Virus record (IMG/VR): IMGVR_UViG_3300021964_000043
Direction: 5' to 3' (one strand)
DNA from: an uncultured virus (IMG/VR IMGVR_UViG_3300021964_000043)
Taxonomy: Duplodnaviria; Heunggongvirae; Uroviricota; Caudoviricetes
Length of the DNA stretch: 64,000 nucleotides
Position 1 is the stretch's first letter. Each line of letters begins with the position of its first letter. The notes beneath the pieces are model-generated. The model saw only the letters and a list, made by a program, of their open reading frames with translations, was not told the DNA's origin and did not search any database. Shown piece by piece: positions 35,416 to 46,663 of the stretch. A program made the translations under genes and the position numbers.

Positions 35416-36599
35416 AGCACTACTGCTTCGACTACACCAAATCTTCCATCGCCAGATTTTTTAGCTTCAAAGTCTTCAAGTGCAATAGCAAACCCATGTG
35501 GAGATGTATTATCAACTATGCCTCTTCCATCTGGTCCACCGACCAAGCGATCACCTTTTGCTACAGATCCTTTTACCTTTACAGGAACACGACCCTTTAA
35601 AGCTACTGGTAAACCATTCTCTAACTGATTGTTCATCAGATAAGCTGGTCTTGCTGATACTACGCCAAAAACAGAGTGATTATTATTACCATCACTTGCT
35701 GTTACTTCAAACTCGCCACCGGCTCTTACTACTGTGCCAGCCTCATACGCAAAATCAGAAAGATAAAGCTCAGCCAAGTCAGCATAGTTAGCTGTTGTTG
35801 CATTACCACTAAAGGTAGTTGCATGAACCGTACTCCATTTAAGAGAACTTTCTCCTAATGTATAAGAATTATTTGTGGTAGGTACAATTGCTGTATTAAC
35901 TCTAGATCCAAATGTAACTATATCACCTGCAGTTGAATTACCAAGTACAACATTACCATTAGCAGTTAACGTACTTGTTACAGTAAGAGTATCGCCAAAT
36001 GTGGTAGCGTTATTAGCAGTAAACGGGCCACTAACAGTCAACCCATTATTAATACTAGCAAGTGCACTATTAACGCTAAGACCATTATTAAGTGTAGTAG
36101 CATTAGTGACTGTTAATGTTCCTGCTAAACTCGTATTACCAGTTACATCAAGAGCGCCAGATACGTCTGCGTTTCCATTACAATCGAGTCCAGCATTTGC
36201 AATTAGTGTGCTTTGAGAGGTAGTAGTACCACCAATTGTTGCGTTGCCAGTTACGCCAAGTGTTGTACCAATACTGGCAGAAGCGCCAGTTGTAAGATCG
36301 GCATGAACATTCAAATCGCCAGTTTGGTTTAGCGTAAGTACAGTTTGAGAACCAGTAGAGATAATCATTCCAGCTGCATTACCAGCTAATTCTGTAGTTC
36401 CATCCAAAGCTTGGTCATTGATTGTAATTACATTATCAAATTGAGATACGTTTTTAATTTCATTCAAAATATCGACAATATTATTACCGGTATATTGAGA
36501 TGTCAGTTGGCCGCCATCTCCAATTAAGGTAGATAAGTCATTAGACTTAACCCTCCATTGATCAAATGTATCAGTAGTATTAACGCTAATCGCAGCCAT
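35412..36599 (-). CDS. Tail fibre/spike protein with C-terminal intramolecular chaperone (peptidase G2-like) domain
   Basis: TDTFDQWRVKSN start; beta-repeat shaft; YADLAELY...GVVS..PAYLMN...PVALKGRVPVKV.G...KGDRLV. Confidence 0.75.
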   Translation of the reverse strand: MAAISVNTTDTFDQWRVKSNDLSTLIGDGGQLTSQYTGNNIVDILNEIKNVSQFDNVITINDQALDGTTELAGNAAGMIISTGSQTVLTLNQTGDLNVHADLTTGASASIGTTLGVTGNATIGGTTTSQSTLIANAGLDCNGNADVSGALDVTGNTSLAGTLTVTNATTLNNGLSVNSALASINNGLTVSGPFTANNATTFGDTLTVTSTLTANGNVVLGNSTAGDIVTFGSRVNTAIVPTTNNSYTLGESSLKWSTVHATTFSGNATTANYADLAELYLSDFAYEAGTVVRAGGEFEVTASDGNNNHSVFGVVSARPAYLMNNQLENGLPVALKGRVPVKVKGSVAKGDRLVGGPDGRGIVDNTSPHGFAIALEDFEAKKSGDGRFGVVEAVVL

Positions 36600-36805
36600 T
36601 AGTTAAGCCTCTCAATAATCGTTTGCATTAGTTGTTTCAATTCCTTAACATCGTCTTTTAGGTCTTGAATCTCATTACTTTTTCTTTTTGCAGCTTCAGC
36701 AGCTTTCACTGCTTTTAAGAAAGCTGTATCATCAGTATTTATCACAGCACCATTAGACATATCTCTTTTAAGTGATGGTCTATTTTCTATATTTACCCAC
36801 TTCAT
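36599..36805 (-). CDS. Hypothetical protein (typical companion of the large baseplate-associated protein)
   Basis: LKRD..NGAVINTD...LKDDVKELKQLM. Confidence 0.65.
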   Translation of the reverse strand: MKWVNIENRPSLKRDMSNGAVINTDDTAFLKAVKAAEAAKRKSNEIQDLKDDVKELKQLMQTIIERLN

Positions 36806-39800
36806 TATGTACCTAACGCGATAACTCTAAAGTCTTTAATTCTTGGTGTAGAAGTCGAAGATTGTGACTTAAACACTACTTTTACAGCTACTGATTGGAA
36901 CGGCGCCGATGTCAGATCGATTGTATATTCGTAGTCGTTAAACTTAGTTGGATCGTCTGTGGTTGATACCGCATTATCAATAGTAGCTAATACCCAGTTC
37001 AAGCTATTAAATGGAGCCTCAGCACCAGCTTCTTGAGTCTTATAATAAACCTCAATGAATGAACCATCTGGTCTATTACCTGCAAAAATAATTCTTAGAC
37101 CAATCGAACTTTGAGCTAGTGTAACTTTACGTGTGATATACTTAGCAAGTGCAGATCCACCTGTTGGTTCAGTTTCAGCTAAGAAATCTTGAACTTTATT
37201 TTTACCACTATCTGTACCACTAGATATCTGTGGGTTATCAATTCTATTTGCTACAGTAAATACTGAAGTTCTATCAAGGTCAATCATAGGACTAAGATAA
37301 GTACTAGTAGAAACTATTGTAGCTCTTAAATCTAAACTTTTGGCAGCTGCCATACTGGTAGTTTCGTTAATCGCCGAAGCCACCATTTTTGGATTAGTTG
37401 GATAAAAGTTTTCATTGGCAATAACAGAAACATAAGATGTATCCTTTTGGTATGTATTTTCGCTGCCAGCTAATGATTTAGAAGAGGTTGTTTTAATACC
37501 GTATCCAATTGCTGTATTCGGAAAAATCAATTGTTGAATATTTGGATATAGAATATCAATGTGTTTGTTTTCACTAGCAGTTACTCCAGTTCCACCACCA
37601 TTTGTGGTTGAAGTAGCATTTGAAGCTACTGTAATCGAATATTGATCCATTTCAACGTCATCAATAACATGGTTAGCATTGAATTGAGTAAATGCAATTC
37701 CACCAATATCAGCCGTAATACCAGCAATAGTTACTGTTGAACCAGTAGGCATACCATGATTTCTGTGTTTAACAAAAACCTTATTAGTGTTAATTGTTAC
37801 ATAAAGTGGATTAGCTTCAAGTGGTTTAACTGGTAGTGCCGCATTTGAAAAATCAATTATGCCACTTGCTGTAATATCAAATTCAGCTCTTTTCATCTTA
37901 AACTTAAGATCTTTAGTCTGATCAGCTGACCAAGTTGAACCATTCTGTGACTTAAAGAATACACCAGCATATGGTTGAGTTGAAATACGTCTTGTAGTAC
38001 CAATTGAATTCTGACCAATTTCAGCCGTATAAACTCTATAAGCATTTGAGTTAGCTAAAAGACAGATAGCGTATTCTACGTTTTGCCTTAGATAAATTGG
38101 AGATGGGAAAGTAAAGGTCGTTGCAGATGTTGCATCTGTAGATGTATTAACATCAACTGCCTGTTTTACGACTTCACCAAAAGCCAGAATTTCAGGTGAA
38201 GGATAACCATTTACCACTCCACGGATTTGAAGAGTTACTGGAATACTTAAATCTTTTTCACTAAAGAATATATCACAACTAGTAATAAATGCACCATCTG
38301 GATTATCAACCAAGAAAGTCTGCGCAAGAGGATCAACCCATCCAACTGTTCTAGTTGATTGGCGAGTAAGAATCGTGTCTTGCGTCCCAGTTACTGTTTC
38401 TTGAGTCAGTGTTGGTGAACGTAAGCTTACTTCTTGAGTGCTATTTACAATACCAGTAGCCGAATATGTGGCCCGGCCAGATGTCGTAATATTTGCATTG
38501 TTATTGTTTGGATCATCAGCTAGTGTAAAGAGTCTTTCACCAGTTCTAAATCTAATATTCGCTGTGTTTGGAATATAGAATTCACCATAAGCTGTACCGG
38601 TAGCATCAGTAATGATTGCATTATTTCCTGCCGTAATATCAGAGGCTGACAGATCTGGGTGACGTAATGCATTAAAATTCGGCTCAGGATCGACTGGTGT
38701 AGTACTATGGCGGATAAAACTAGCCGAAGTAATATCGTTTGTGAAATCACCTACTGCAATATCTTCAAAGAAAGGATACAGGCGTGTATTAGGCTTAAAG
38801 CGAGTTGCCATAAACTTAATTCTTCTAGACCGAATAAATGGTACCATTCTAACATCTACTACTCTTTCACCAAATGAAGTTTGAATAGTATCAGGAGCTA
38901 CCGAAGTACGAACACCAGTTCTTGATTGTTGAGCTTGCTGAGCAATAAGTGTTTCAACAAAAAGTCTACGACCAGATCTTTGCGTGCCACTAGAGCCAAT
39001 TTCTATTTCACGGCCAGCCCACTGTGTTTCCCATTCATTCCAAACTGTTCCAAGAACGCCATCTTCATTGGCCAACGTGTTAACCACATCGAATAGGCCT
39101 TCATTATCAATAATAAGATCAGGTCTAACATCTGTCTCTTTCCAATCATCGGTTGATGGAGTAAGATCAATTTGACCTACCCATTGGAAAATGTCGTAAG
39201 GGTTAACGTTCTCAGTTCCAGACGCAAATGGTTGATCGATAATATCAACTTCTGTATATGGAAGAGTAATTACATCACCGGTTTTCTGATATGTGCTAGA
39301 CGTTCCAGCAATTTGTGTTTCAAGTCTAACGTTACTTTCATAGAACTGAGGTCTAGCTTCACCAACATCTGCATCAATAGAAATATGATAGTCTGGATCT
39401 TTTGGATTACCTACGTTATGACCATAAAAAGGATCTACGATAAATCCAGACTTAAATCTATCAACATTATTACTATCGAGAATCTGAGCATCAGCAGTTT
39501 CTTTTTCAAGAAGTGAAAGTGATGTATAATATTCTAGGCTGTTAATACGCTTTTCAAGACGACCAATATCTCTCATTGTATAACGTTTATTGTCCTTTAT
39601 AGCAGGAATAACATCAGTTACGTCAAACGTATAAGGATTTAAAGCTAGCTCATAAATAACCATTCCATCGTCTGGGTCATTAGGAATAGCTGGGTTTGCA
39701 GCAGATACCCCTTTTAGTACTTTAAAGTTACCCTTGTTGTCCACATAAATTTTATCTTTACGTGGAAGGTAATATCTAAAGTCCATAATCATACTTGAAG

Positions 39801-42090
39801 CAATTTTACCAATTTCGGTAAGTGCAGCACCAGACTGATTTGTACCACCTGCGTTTACAAATGATGTTCCATCATCTCTTACTCTTGGACGGAAGTCAAG
39901 AACATCTCTTAATTCATATGTTGTGCTTGTTGATGCATACTGTGGGATATTAGCGTAATCAACCTGACCAGTATATGAATCAACTGAGAAATAATCGCCA
40001 GCACCATGAGTAAAGTAGTCAAAGACCACTAGGATTCTACCAGTAGGACCTGGTGAACCTGGCTTCAATTTGATTCGACCAACATCATAGAAATTATCTC
40101 TTTGGCCATTATCAAGCTCATAACGACTTGTAATATCTAAATCTGAAGTTGTAGCATTAGTGCCAGACTGTAATGAATCATATACAGCAACTAAGCGATA
40201 GATATCAGCTTTGTAAAGAAGATCATGGCTATTCACTGTCGTGTTTGGTGTACTAATATTTAGATTATGGTTTGATACAAGCGTTTTTTGTTTTTCTTGC
40301 GCAATTCTTTTTACTACAGTAGCTACGACTGTAAGTGTCTCTGTAGTAAGACCAGCACCAGTCAAATCAATATTAAGGTTAACACTATTTGTTCCAGAAA
40401 TACTGAGTCGAGCAGCACCACCAGTACCATCAGACTGTGACATGTCATACACTGTACCAGTATTTGAATTTGCTACCACGTAATCAATTCCAGTATATGG
40501 AGTTTGGAATGATTCATCAGACCCAGCTGTAATTGTAGCTAGACCAGAAGAAAGTGTTTGAGTATAAACTCGTCTTACTGTAATTGTGGTATCAATTGAA
40601 CCATCTGCAGCTCTAATTGTTTCTACGGTCTGATAAGAAAGTGGGAACAATAAGTCGTTATTAGCAATATTATAAATTACTGCTAATCCACCAGTTTTTA
40701 CTGTGGTAGATGCAAATTTACCGCTGGCTGAACCAGTAACGTTGATAGTATTAACTGATCCAAACGTATTTGAGCCAGTCATTTGAATATCAAAGAGGTA
40801 TAGTTTATAGACAGCAGCTGTTGTACCTGGAGTGCCTGAATGAAGTTCATAAGCTCTTGCTCGAGCAGTACCAATTACTGTACTACCAGAACTAATTAAG
40901 TCTAAAAGCTCATAGGTATTGATGTCCGGAACGTTGGTTGTTGTATTGACTAGTGTATAGTTACCGAGATCATATGAAACAACAGAGTTCACTACTTGTT
41001 CAGTGTCTCTTGCCTTATCAACATCAACAAAGGTTGTACTAACCTTTTCAATTTCATAACCACGAACATAAGCCTTGCCTGGCTCTAGACCAACCGCAAG
41101 TTTTGAATCTGCACCACCATTTGCTGATGTGTAAATGCCACGATTATTTCCATTTAGCAAGTGCTCTCTAATATCGATACCAAATGGACGAACAGTATAG
41201 TCACCAGATTCGTCATAGGTTCTACGAGCAAATGTATCTTCAAGGACTGAATAATCAGTAGATCTTACGTGCTTTGAAATTACACCATTATTGACTCGAA
41301 TAAGCTCAATAAAGTTTTGATCTGTAGTATCAGTAAGAGATTTTTTCGCAAGTGTAAGTTCAATCTTATATCTGTTAGCGCCTGGAGCAGCAAAGTTAGG
41401 AGAACCGGCTGCGTTATCATTTAGATTGGAATCTTCAGTAGAACTTATAATCGATTCAGTTACTGTAAGACCAATTCTATACGATGGTGTATTTGTATAT
41501 TTGTCAAGAACTAGTGTTTGAGTAGTTACAAAGGCAAAGGTTCCATTGACATAATATACACCTGGCTGAATATTAGCAGCTGAGCCAAATCCTACAGAAC
41601 CAGATACGTTGTCAATTTGTGCTGATCTTGGAGTAGAAGCATTTGAAGTTACTACCTCATTTTGAGCAAACTGTTTAGTGACTTTATCTGTACCAGAAGA
41701 TGTATATTTAACAAAAAGAGTAATTGGGTCAGTGCCGTCATTCGCTGCAGTTCCTACAACCTTTGCAGTCACACCAGTTGTTTGGCCTGTAATAATAGTA
41801 TTTAGAAATTCTGCTCTGTAAAGTTCAACGTCAGCTGAATTATATGTTCCACCTACTTTAATGAACCCGTATTCTTTATCGAGTGCAGTTTGGCCTGGAA
41901 TAACCATTGCACCATCTTCAAAAGTATGATTCGCAAATTGCGTAATTTGATTTTGAAGAGTTGATTGTAATTGTGTAAGTTCTCTTGCCTGAAGAGCAAC
42001 GGAAGGACGGAACAAAATTCTATAATATTGTTCCTTCGCGTTTGTTTCGTAATCGTCGTAATACGGAGCTACATTAAAATCAAGTGTCAT
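36805..42090 (-). CDS. Large virion structural protein (DUF4815/VrlC-like)
   Basis: FNVAPYYDDY...YRILFRP...QARELTQLQS; APGANR; ARRTYDESGDY; DPLAQTF. Confidence 0.85.
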   Translation of the reverse strand: MTLDFNVAPYYDDYETNAKEQYYRILFRPSVALQARELTQLQSTLQNQITQFANHTFEDGAMVIPGQTALDKEYGFIKVGGTYNSADVELYRAEFLNTIITGQTTGVTAKVVGTAANDGTDPITLFVKYTSSGTDKVTKQFAQNEVVTSNASTPRSAQIDNVSGSVGFGSAANIQPGVYYVNGTFAFVTTQTLVLDKYTNTPSYRIGLTVTESIISSTEDSNLNDNAAGSPNFAAPGANRYKIELTLAKKSLTDTTDQNFIELIRVNNGVISKHVRSTDYSVLEDTFARRTYDESGDYTVRPFGIDIREHLLNGNNRGIYTSANGGADSKLAVGLEPGKAYVRGYEIEKVSTTFVDVDKARDTEQVVNSVVSYDLGNYTLVNTTTNVPDINTYELLDLISSGSTVIGTARARAYELHSGTPGTTAAVYKLYLFDIQMTGSNTFGSVNTINVTGSASGKFASTTVKTGGLAVIYNIANNDLLFPLSYQTVETIRAADGSIDTTITVRRVYTQTLSSGLATITAGSDESFQTPYTGIDYVVANSNTGTVYDMSQSDGTGGAARLSISGTNSVNLNIDLTGAGLTTETLTVVATVVKRIAQEKQKTLVSNHNLNISTPNTTVNSHDLLYKADIYRLVAVYDSLQSGTNATTSDLDITSRYELDNGQRDNFYDVGRIKLKPGSPGPTGRILVVFDYFTHGAGDYFSVDSYTGQVDYANIPQYASTSTTYELRDVLDFRPRVRDDGTSFVNAGGTNQSGAALTEIGKIASSMIMDFRYYLPRKDKIYVDNKGNFKVLKGVSAANPAIPNDPDDGMVIYELALNPYTFDVTDVIPAIKDNKRYTMRDIGRLEKRINSLEYYTSLSLLEKETADAQILDSNNVDRFKSGFIVDPFYGHNVGNPKDPDYHISIDADVGEARPQFYESNVRLETQIAGTSSTYQKTGDVITLPYTEVDIIDQPFASGTENVNPYDIFQWVGQIDLTPSTDDWKETDVRPDLIIDNEGLFDVVNTLANEDGVLGTVWNEWETQWAGREIEIGSSGTQRSGRRLFVETLIAQQAQQSRTGVRTSVAPDTIQTSFGERVVDVRMVPFIRSRRIKFMATRFKPNTRLYPFFEDIAVGDFTNDITSASFIRHSTTPVDPEPNFNALRHPDLSASDITAGNNAIITDATGTAYGEFYIPNTANIRFRTGERLFTLADDPNNNNANITTSGRATYSATGIVNSTQEVSLRSPTLTQETVTGTQDTILTRQSTRTVGWVDPLAQTFLVDNPDGAFITSCDIFFSEKDLSIPVTLQIRGVVNGYPSPEILAFGEVVKQAVDVNTSTDATSATTFTFPSPIYLRQNVEYAICLLANSNAYRVYTAEIGQNSIGTTRRISTQPYAGVFFKSQNGSTWSADQTKDLKFKMKRAEFDITASGIIDFSNAALPVKPLEANPLYVTINTNKVFVKHRNHGMPTGSTVTIAGITADIGGIAFTQFNANHVIDDVEMDQYSITVASNATSTTNGGGTGVTASENKHIDILYPNIQQLIFPNTAIGYGIKTTSSKSLAGSENTYQKDTSYVSVIANENFYPTNPKMVASAINETTSMAAAKSLDLRATIVSTSTYLSPMIDLDRTSVFTVANRIDNPQISSGTDSGKNKVQDFLAETEPTGGSALAKYITRKVTLAQSSIGLRIIFAGNRPDGSFIEVYYKTQEAGAEAPFNSLNWVLATIDNAVSTTDDPTKFNDYEYTIDLTSAPFQSVAVKVVFKSQSSTSTPRIKDFRVIALGT

Positions 42091-42101
42091 TATTTTCTAC
42101 C

Positions 42102-43406
42102 TTAAAACTCTAGTACAAGTTTAATATCTTCAATTTGTGAGTTTGCTCTTGCAACTGCACTTCTATTTTCGATATACAAAACTTCACCAGAGAACTTTTC
42201 CATTTCTGGATTTCCAAGACCACTAATAGTAGCTGATACACCACTTCCATTTGAAATATTTTCAGCATTTTGAAATGTTCCATATCCAGTAGTTGCGTCT
42301 TGATGATATCGAATAACGTTATTTACTGCATCAATTGATGTTATATAGGCCTGAGCTCCAGAAGTACTACCAGTAATTGTTTCATCTACCGAAAAGGCTC
42401 CACCAGTTGGAGCGGCAGTAGTAACTGAACGTGTGGCCTGAAGTGTAGAGGCTGTCGCTACATTTGTTGTTCCATAATCATATGGATTGCGAATCAAACC
42501 AAGTTGGCGATAATCATTATCAATAGGGAAGTCGCCTGAGCCTTCATCTGAGTCCAAGTTAACGTTGGCCATAATAAAGAACCCTTGCAATTCGTCTGCT
42601 GCATTAGATCCATGACCACCTGGAGGTGAAATAATAGCTCTGGCAGTGGCGCCTGTGCCTCCACCACCTGTGATTGTTACAATTGCTTCATTGTAACCCG
42701 ATCCAATATTACTCATTGAGATACTAGTAACTGCACCACCAACAACTGTAGCCGCAGCTGTGGCACTGGCACCGTTACCAGTAATAGTAACTGTTGGATT
42801 GGATGTATACCCTGATCCACCAGCGGTTACTACAACTCTATGAATTGATCCATTTTGAGCATTTGTTTGAACTTGCCACTGCAATGATCCGTCGTCGGAG
42901 GTAAGAACGTTGACTGGAATAAATGAGTTGGTCAAGAACTTTGTGGCCTGTGTACCAGATAGGGCATACATAAATTTCCATACGTAACCATCTGATTCTA
43001 CGCTATTTGCTGCAGTAGTTAACTGCCCAGTTGGTTTCACAACCGATGCGCCAGAACCAGCTTGCAAACATTTATAAACGTTAAGTTCGTCCGTGATTAC
43101 GTAATATTGTGCTGTTCCCATCGAAGCTAATTGATCGTTATACGCGGTATATGTCGTACCGGACAACCAGTTATATCTTGTAATAGCGTGAGTCACGTCG
43201 GACTGTGCTATCTTTTTAAGTGCAATCATATTTTGATGCACATTATTTTTATCAGCAACTGTATCTACTGGCGTAGCAACAGTTGTATCTGAATTCGGCC
43301 AAGGATGTGAACGGCCGATATACAAATATGTACTGTTCGTGCCAATATCACTACGGAAATTTTCCGCGTTATTGACCCTGATTTGTTTCGAAATTATGGC
43401 TACCAT
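42102..43406 (-). CDS. gp8: Baseplate wedge subunit gp8-like
   Basis: YLYIGR..PW; VYKCL; DGYVWKFMY; PPGGHG; SGEVLYIENR...EDIKLVLEF. Confidence 0.85.
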   Translation of the reverse strand: MVAIISKQIRVNNAENFRSDIGTNSTYLYIGRSHPWPNSDTTVATPVDTVADKNNVHQNMIALKKIAQSDVTHAITRYNWLSGTTYTAYNDQLASMGTAQYYVITDELNVYKCLQAGSGASVVKPTGQLTTAANSVESDGYVWKFMYALSGTQATKFLTNSFIPVNVLTSDDGSLQWQVQTNAQNGSIHRVVVTAGGSGYTSNPTVTITGNGASATAAATVVGGAVTSISMSNIGSGYNEAIVTITGGGGTGATARAIISPPGGHGSNAADELQGFFIMANVNLDSDEGSGDFPIDNDYRQLGLIRNPYDYGTTNVATASTLQATRSVTTAAPTGGAFSVDETITGSTSGAQAYITSIDAVNNVIRYHQDATTGYGTFQNAENISNGSGVSATISGLGNPEMEKFSGEVLYIENRSAVARANSQIEDIKLVLEF

Positions 43407-43440
43407 TTTATAACCCTTACCTCATTAAATTAGTTTAAAC

Positions 43441-43448
43441 TATTTATA
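43441..43448 (-). promoter_or_regulatory. T4-type late promoter TATAAATA
   Basis: Exact intergenic match upstream of gp8. Confidence 0.75.
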
Positions 43449-43452
43449 CACG

Positions 43453-44358
43453 TTATGGAGTGATATCGATGACTGTATCAAATGAAATATCGATTTTCTC
43501 ACCGTCAAGCACTTGTTGAAGTGTATAATTTCCATAGTTACTTATAGGGCCCATATCGGGCTGGAATTTATACATTTCAAGATGATATAAAGTTGGTCCA
43601 ATAGCGGTAGTAGCTTGTGGTTGAAGAATAAACGTAAGTGATACGTTAACTTGCGTTCCACCAATTAACGGTATTTCAACATCTACTACAACTGGACCAG
43701 AAGAAATAGGAATACCAAAGTCTTGTGTACTAAAGTCAGCTTCAATACCTCTTCTAACTTTAGCTCCATTGGCTCCCGTTGCTGATGAGAAAATAGATAC
43801 CTCACCAAAGAAAGCAAACCCTGCAGGGTGCAATAATTTTTTAACTACGTCTTTCCAGTTATCAATTGTTTGACCAGTTTTAATAACATATGAAAACGAC
43901 TGATAATAACGAGAATCTTGAATAAATTTCTTTACTGAAAGTTTACCATCATCGTTTAACCATCTTTGGTTTGTTGCATCCCAGCTTGATGATGACGGTT
44001 TAAGAATATCTACCCTTGGAAAGAAAAGTTCAATTTCATCTCTAAATACAAGTTTGAATAGCGCTTTATAAGAAGGTTCAGCGCCTTTTGACAAATAAAT
44101 GTCAGTAATATTTTTATAAAGTTTTCTTTTATCAGCTTGAATATTTTCTGGAATTGGAACAGCCAATTCTCTTTGTAGCAATTCTAGAAAAACATCAGCG
44201 GTTTGATCCAAATCTCTATGTGGTGGAAGAGAATTTAAGAAATAACCTGGTTGATCTGGCTGCTGTAAAAAGTCATAATACGCTTCCATGAATGCCATCA
44301 ATTGAGGACGCTCAAGTTGAATATGTTCTGGTACTATGGATGTGACTTTATCGCTCAT
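43453..44358 (-). CDS. gp7: Baseplate wedge initiator gp7-like (short form)
   Basis: FMEAYYDFL...YLSKG...SYKALF; IQDSRYYQSFSYVIK...LLHPAGF..FGEV; between gp6 and gp8. Confidence 0.7.
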   Translation of the reverse strand: MSDKVTSIVPEHIQLERPQLMAFMEAYYDFLQQPDQPGYFLNSLPPHRDLDQTADVFLELLQRELAVPIPENIQADKRKLYKNITDIYLSKGAEPSYKALFKLVFRDEIELFFPRVDILKPSSSSWDATNQRWLNDDGKLSVKKFIQDSRYYQSFSYVIKTGQTIDNWKDVVKKLLHPAGFAFFGEVSIFSSATGANGAKVRRGIEADFSTQDFGIPISSGPVVVDVEIPLIGGTQVNVSLTFILQPQATTAIGPTLYHLEMYKFQPDMGPISNYGNYTLQQVLDGEKIDISFDTVIDITP

Positions 44359-46226
44359 TAGATACTATTCGACGTAGTTGTGTAACCAATACCAGCAATA
44401 ACAGATCCTGTAGCGATCTCATCAATTTGTGGTGTTACTGTTGTTTGAAGTAAGTCGATATTCAAAAGCTGATTTCTCTTTGGTGCCAAATCATTTGAAC
44501 TTGGAGTAGCTGTAATAGTAATATATGTGCCACCACCAACAATTCCACCATCAGGATTAAAATTTGTAAGAGTAACTGAGCCTTTTACGAGATCAACCGT
44601 TCCTGCGTTTTCCGTTGTAATAATTTTTTGATTGTTTGAAATTCTATATAGCTGAATTTGTCTTTGAGTGGCATTTCCTTCAATTGGAATATCTTGCATT
44701 TTGTGATTAAAACCATTCAAAATAAATTCAGATGAATCGATAACCGAAGCGCCTGATGCAATATTAGTAGAAAATGGTGACGAGAATTCAAGTTCATATT
44801 TCAAAGCCGTGCCAATTGTAGGTGCAAGTCTTTTTTGAACGTTCACTCTCATAATAGTATTTAGAATCGCTGCGTTTGTATCATCAATTGCACCAGTTAC
44901 TTGCGATGCTCTAAACACACCATCAAATTTTTTCAAATTAGTATTATTGTAATTTGTAATTGTTGCAATCACAGCGTTTTTCAACTCACCTGCAGTCAAT
45001 GACGTTAGGTTTGGATCGTACTTAAAAAATACTTCCAATTTAATATACGTATAGTCTGGATCAATAATTTCAGGTGTAATAGACACTAGGTTTTTTGTTT
45101 TCAAAATAGAGTCTTTAATAAACTGCTTTTGAATATCAGTTAAAGTTTCGGCATTGGCAGGTTTAATAGATAGGAAAACCTTTCCATATTCTGGAACTGC
45201 TTGTTCTTCACCACCCCAGACCGAAATAGTTTCGGTATTAGTATAGTTATTTTTGACAATGGCTTTATAATCATCTGCGGTCACAACTCGGTTTTGAGAA
45301 AGGAATGAAAGTGGAGCGTTAAATTTAATTGAGTCAACATCTTCTCTGTCTGCACCACCACCTGATTTTGTGACCAAAGTAACAGTAGCGTTACTATTAC
45401 CAGATATTGTTCCTGTCAATTTGAATGATGTCGCATTATTTGCTAAAGAGCCGTTAGTCACAAGATATTCGATTTCAATAATATTACCGGCATCTAGTTT
45501 TCTACCAAATACATCATCACCAAAATAAATTTCAAATAAACCATCTGGTCCTTCTTGTAAGAAATATGCATTAGTAGTGGATTCAACATCAACAATATTA
45601 GTAACTAGAGTATAAATTTCGAAATCTGTAGAAGCAGAATTTGTTTTTACTCTTACAATAAGAGTAGCAGTGTCTACACCAATATCTGGAATTTGATATC
45701 TTTGAGCTGTTGAAGTATCATCAACAATATATGTCTGAGTTCTAATTGTGCCTTGATTTATTCTTACGTTACTAAATGTATACACATTAGAAACAGGAAC
45801 GATTGTTTGAGCTTCAAGGTTAACAAACGTATAATTTTTTCCATCAAGGACTGTTTGAAACGTAGTTCCTCTAGACATTGACAATGAACTTGGTGTACCA
45901 GATGGTGAATTGACAGTAATATTTATGTCAGCAAATGCGCTAGTAGCAGATCTTGGAACGTAACCAAGTGATTTAGCGTGTGCAACAACATTATTTCTTA
46001 CTTGTGCTGTATCCAAGAAGATTTCGTTCATATTGACATTAGCATTAAACGAATTATAAAACGTATTGTATGCTAAAACATCAATAATTGTTCCTAAAGC
46101 CGAACCTTCAAAATCGTAATCAGCAAGGCTTGACTGAGATTGAAGATAAGTTTTTAGATTTGATTTAATTTGATCAAAATCTAAAGAGGAGACATTCAAT
46201 CTTTCTTTTGAAACTGTAACAGCCAT
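44358..46226 (-). CDS. gp6: Baseplate wedge subunit gp6
   Basis: LDFDQIK.NLK...DYDFEGS...LAYNT; FGDDVFG; QNRVVTADDY; WGGE...YGKVF. Confidence 0.92.
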   Translation of the reverse strand: MAVTVSKERLNVSSLDFDQIKSNLKTYLQSQSSLADYDFEGSALGTIIDVLAYNTFYNSFNANVNMNEIFLDTAQVRNNVVAHAKSLGYVPRSATSAFADINITVNSPSGTPSSLSMSRGTTFQTVLDGKNYTFVNLEAQTIVPVSNVYTFSNVRINQGTIRTQTYIVDDTSTAQRYQIPDIGVDTATLIVRVKTNSASTDFEIYTLVTNIVDVESTTNAYFLQEGPDGLFEIYFGDDVFGRKLDAGNIIEIEYLVTNGSLANNATSFKLTGTISGNSNATVTLVTKSGGGADREDVDSIKFNAPLSFLSQNRVVTADDYKAIVKNNYTNTETISVWGGEEQAVPEYGKVFLSIKPANAETLTDIQKQFIKDSILKTKNLVSITPEIIDPDYTYIKLEVFFKYDPNLTSLTAGELKNAVIATITNYNNTNLKKFDGVFRASQVTGAIDDTNAAILNTIMRVNVQKRLAPTIGTALKYELEFSSPFSTNIASGASVIDSSEFILNGFNHKMQDIPIEGNATQRQIQLYRISNNQKIITTENAGTVDLVKGSVTLTNFNPDGGIVGGGTYITITATPSSNDLAPKRNQLLNIDLLQTTVTPQIDEIATGSVIAGIGYTTTSNSI

Positions 46227-46663
46227 TAGTTAACTCTCTCTAAGTAAAATGAAACTTCGCCAGTGTCTAAATTAGTCACCATTTGAAAGTCTATTGATAA
46301 TTTGAATCTATTAAAATCTGGTTCAGAAATTACTTCTATATTTGTTACTGTAATTCTTGGCTCAAAATTATTAAGTGTAATTAAAACTTCTTCTTTAATG
46401 TCAAAAGCTGTAAACTCATCAACCGGTTCAAATAGTAAAGCTCGTATTTTAGAACCCAATCTTGGATTAAAAGGTCTTTCGCCTTTATTAGTAAGAATAA
46501 GATTTTTTACAGATTGTTTGACAGAATCAATATCTTTTAGTATTGTAATATCTTTTGTATTTGGATGGCTAATAAAAGACAGATCAAAATCAGAATAGAG
46601 AACTTCTCTACTCGTAATAACTGCTTTTCTAGAAGCGTCTGATTTTGTCTGCGTTCTTGCCAT
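46226..46663 (-). CDS. gp25: Baseplate wedge subunit gp25
   Basis: YSDFDL...SVKNLILT..GERPFNP.LGS...FEPRI. Confidence 0.92.
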   Translation of the reverse strand: MARTQTKSDASRKAVITSREVLYSDFDLSFISHPNTKDITILKDIDSVKQSVKNLILTNKGERPFNPRLGSKIRALLFEPVDEFTAFDIKEEVLITLNNFEPRITVTNIEVISEPDFNRFKLSIDFQMVTNLDTGEVSFYLERVN

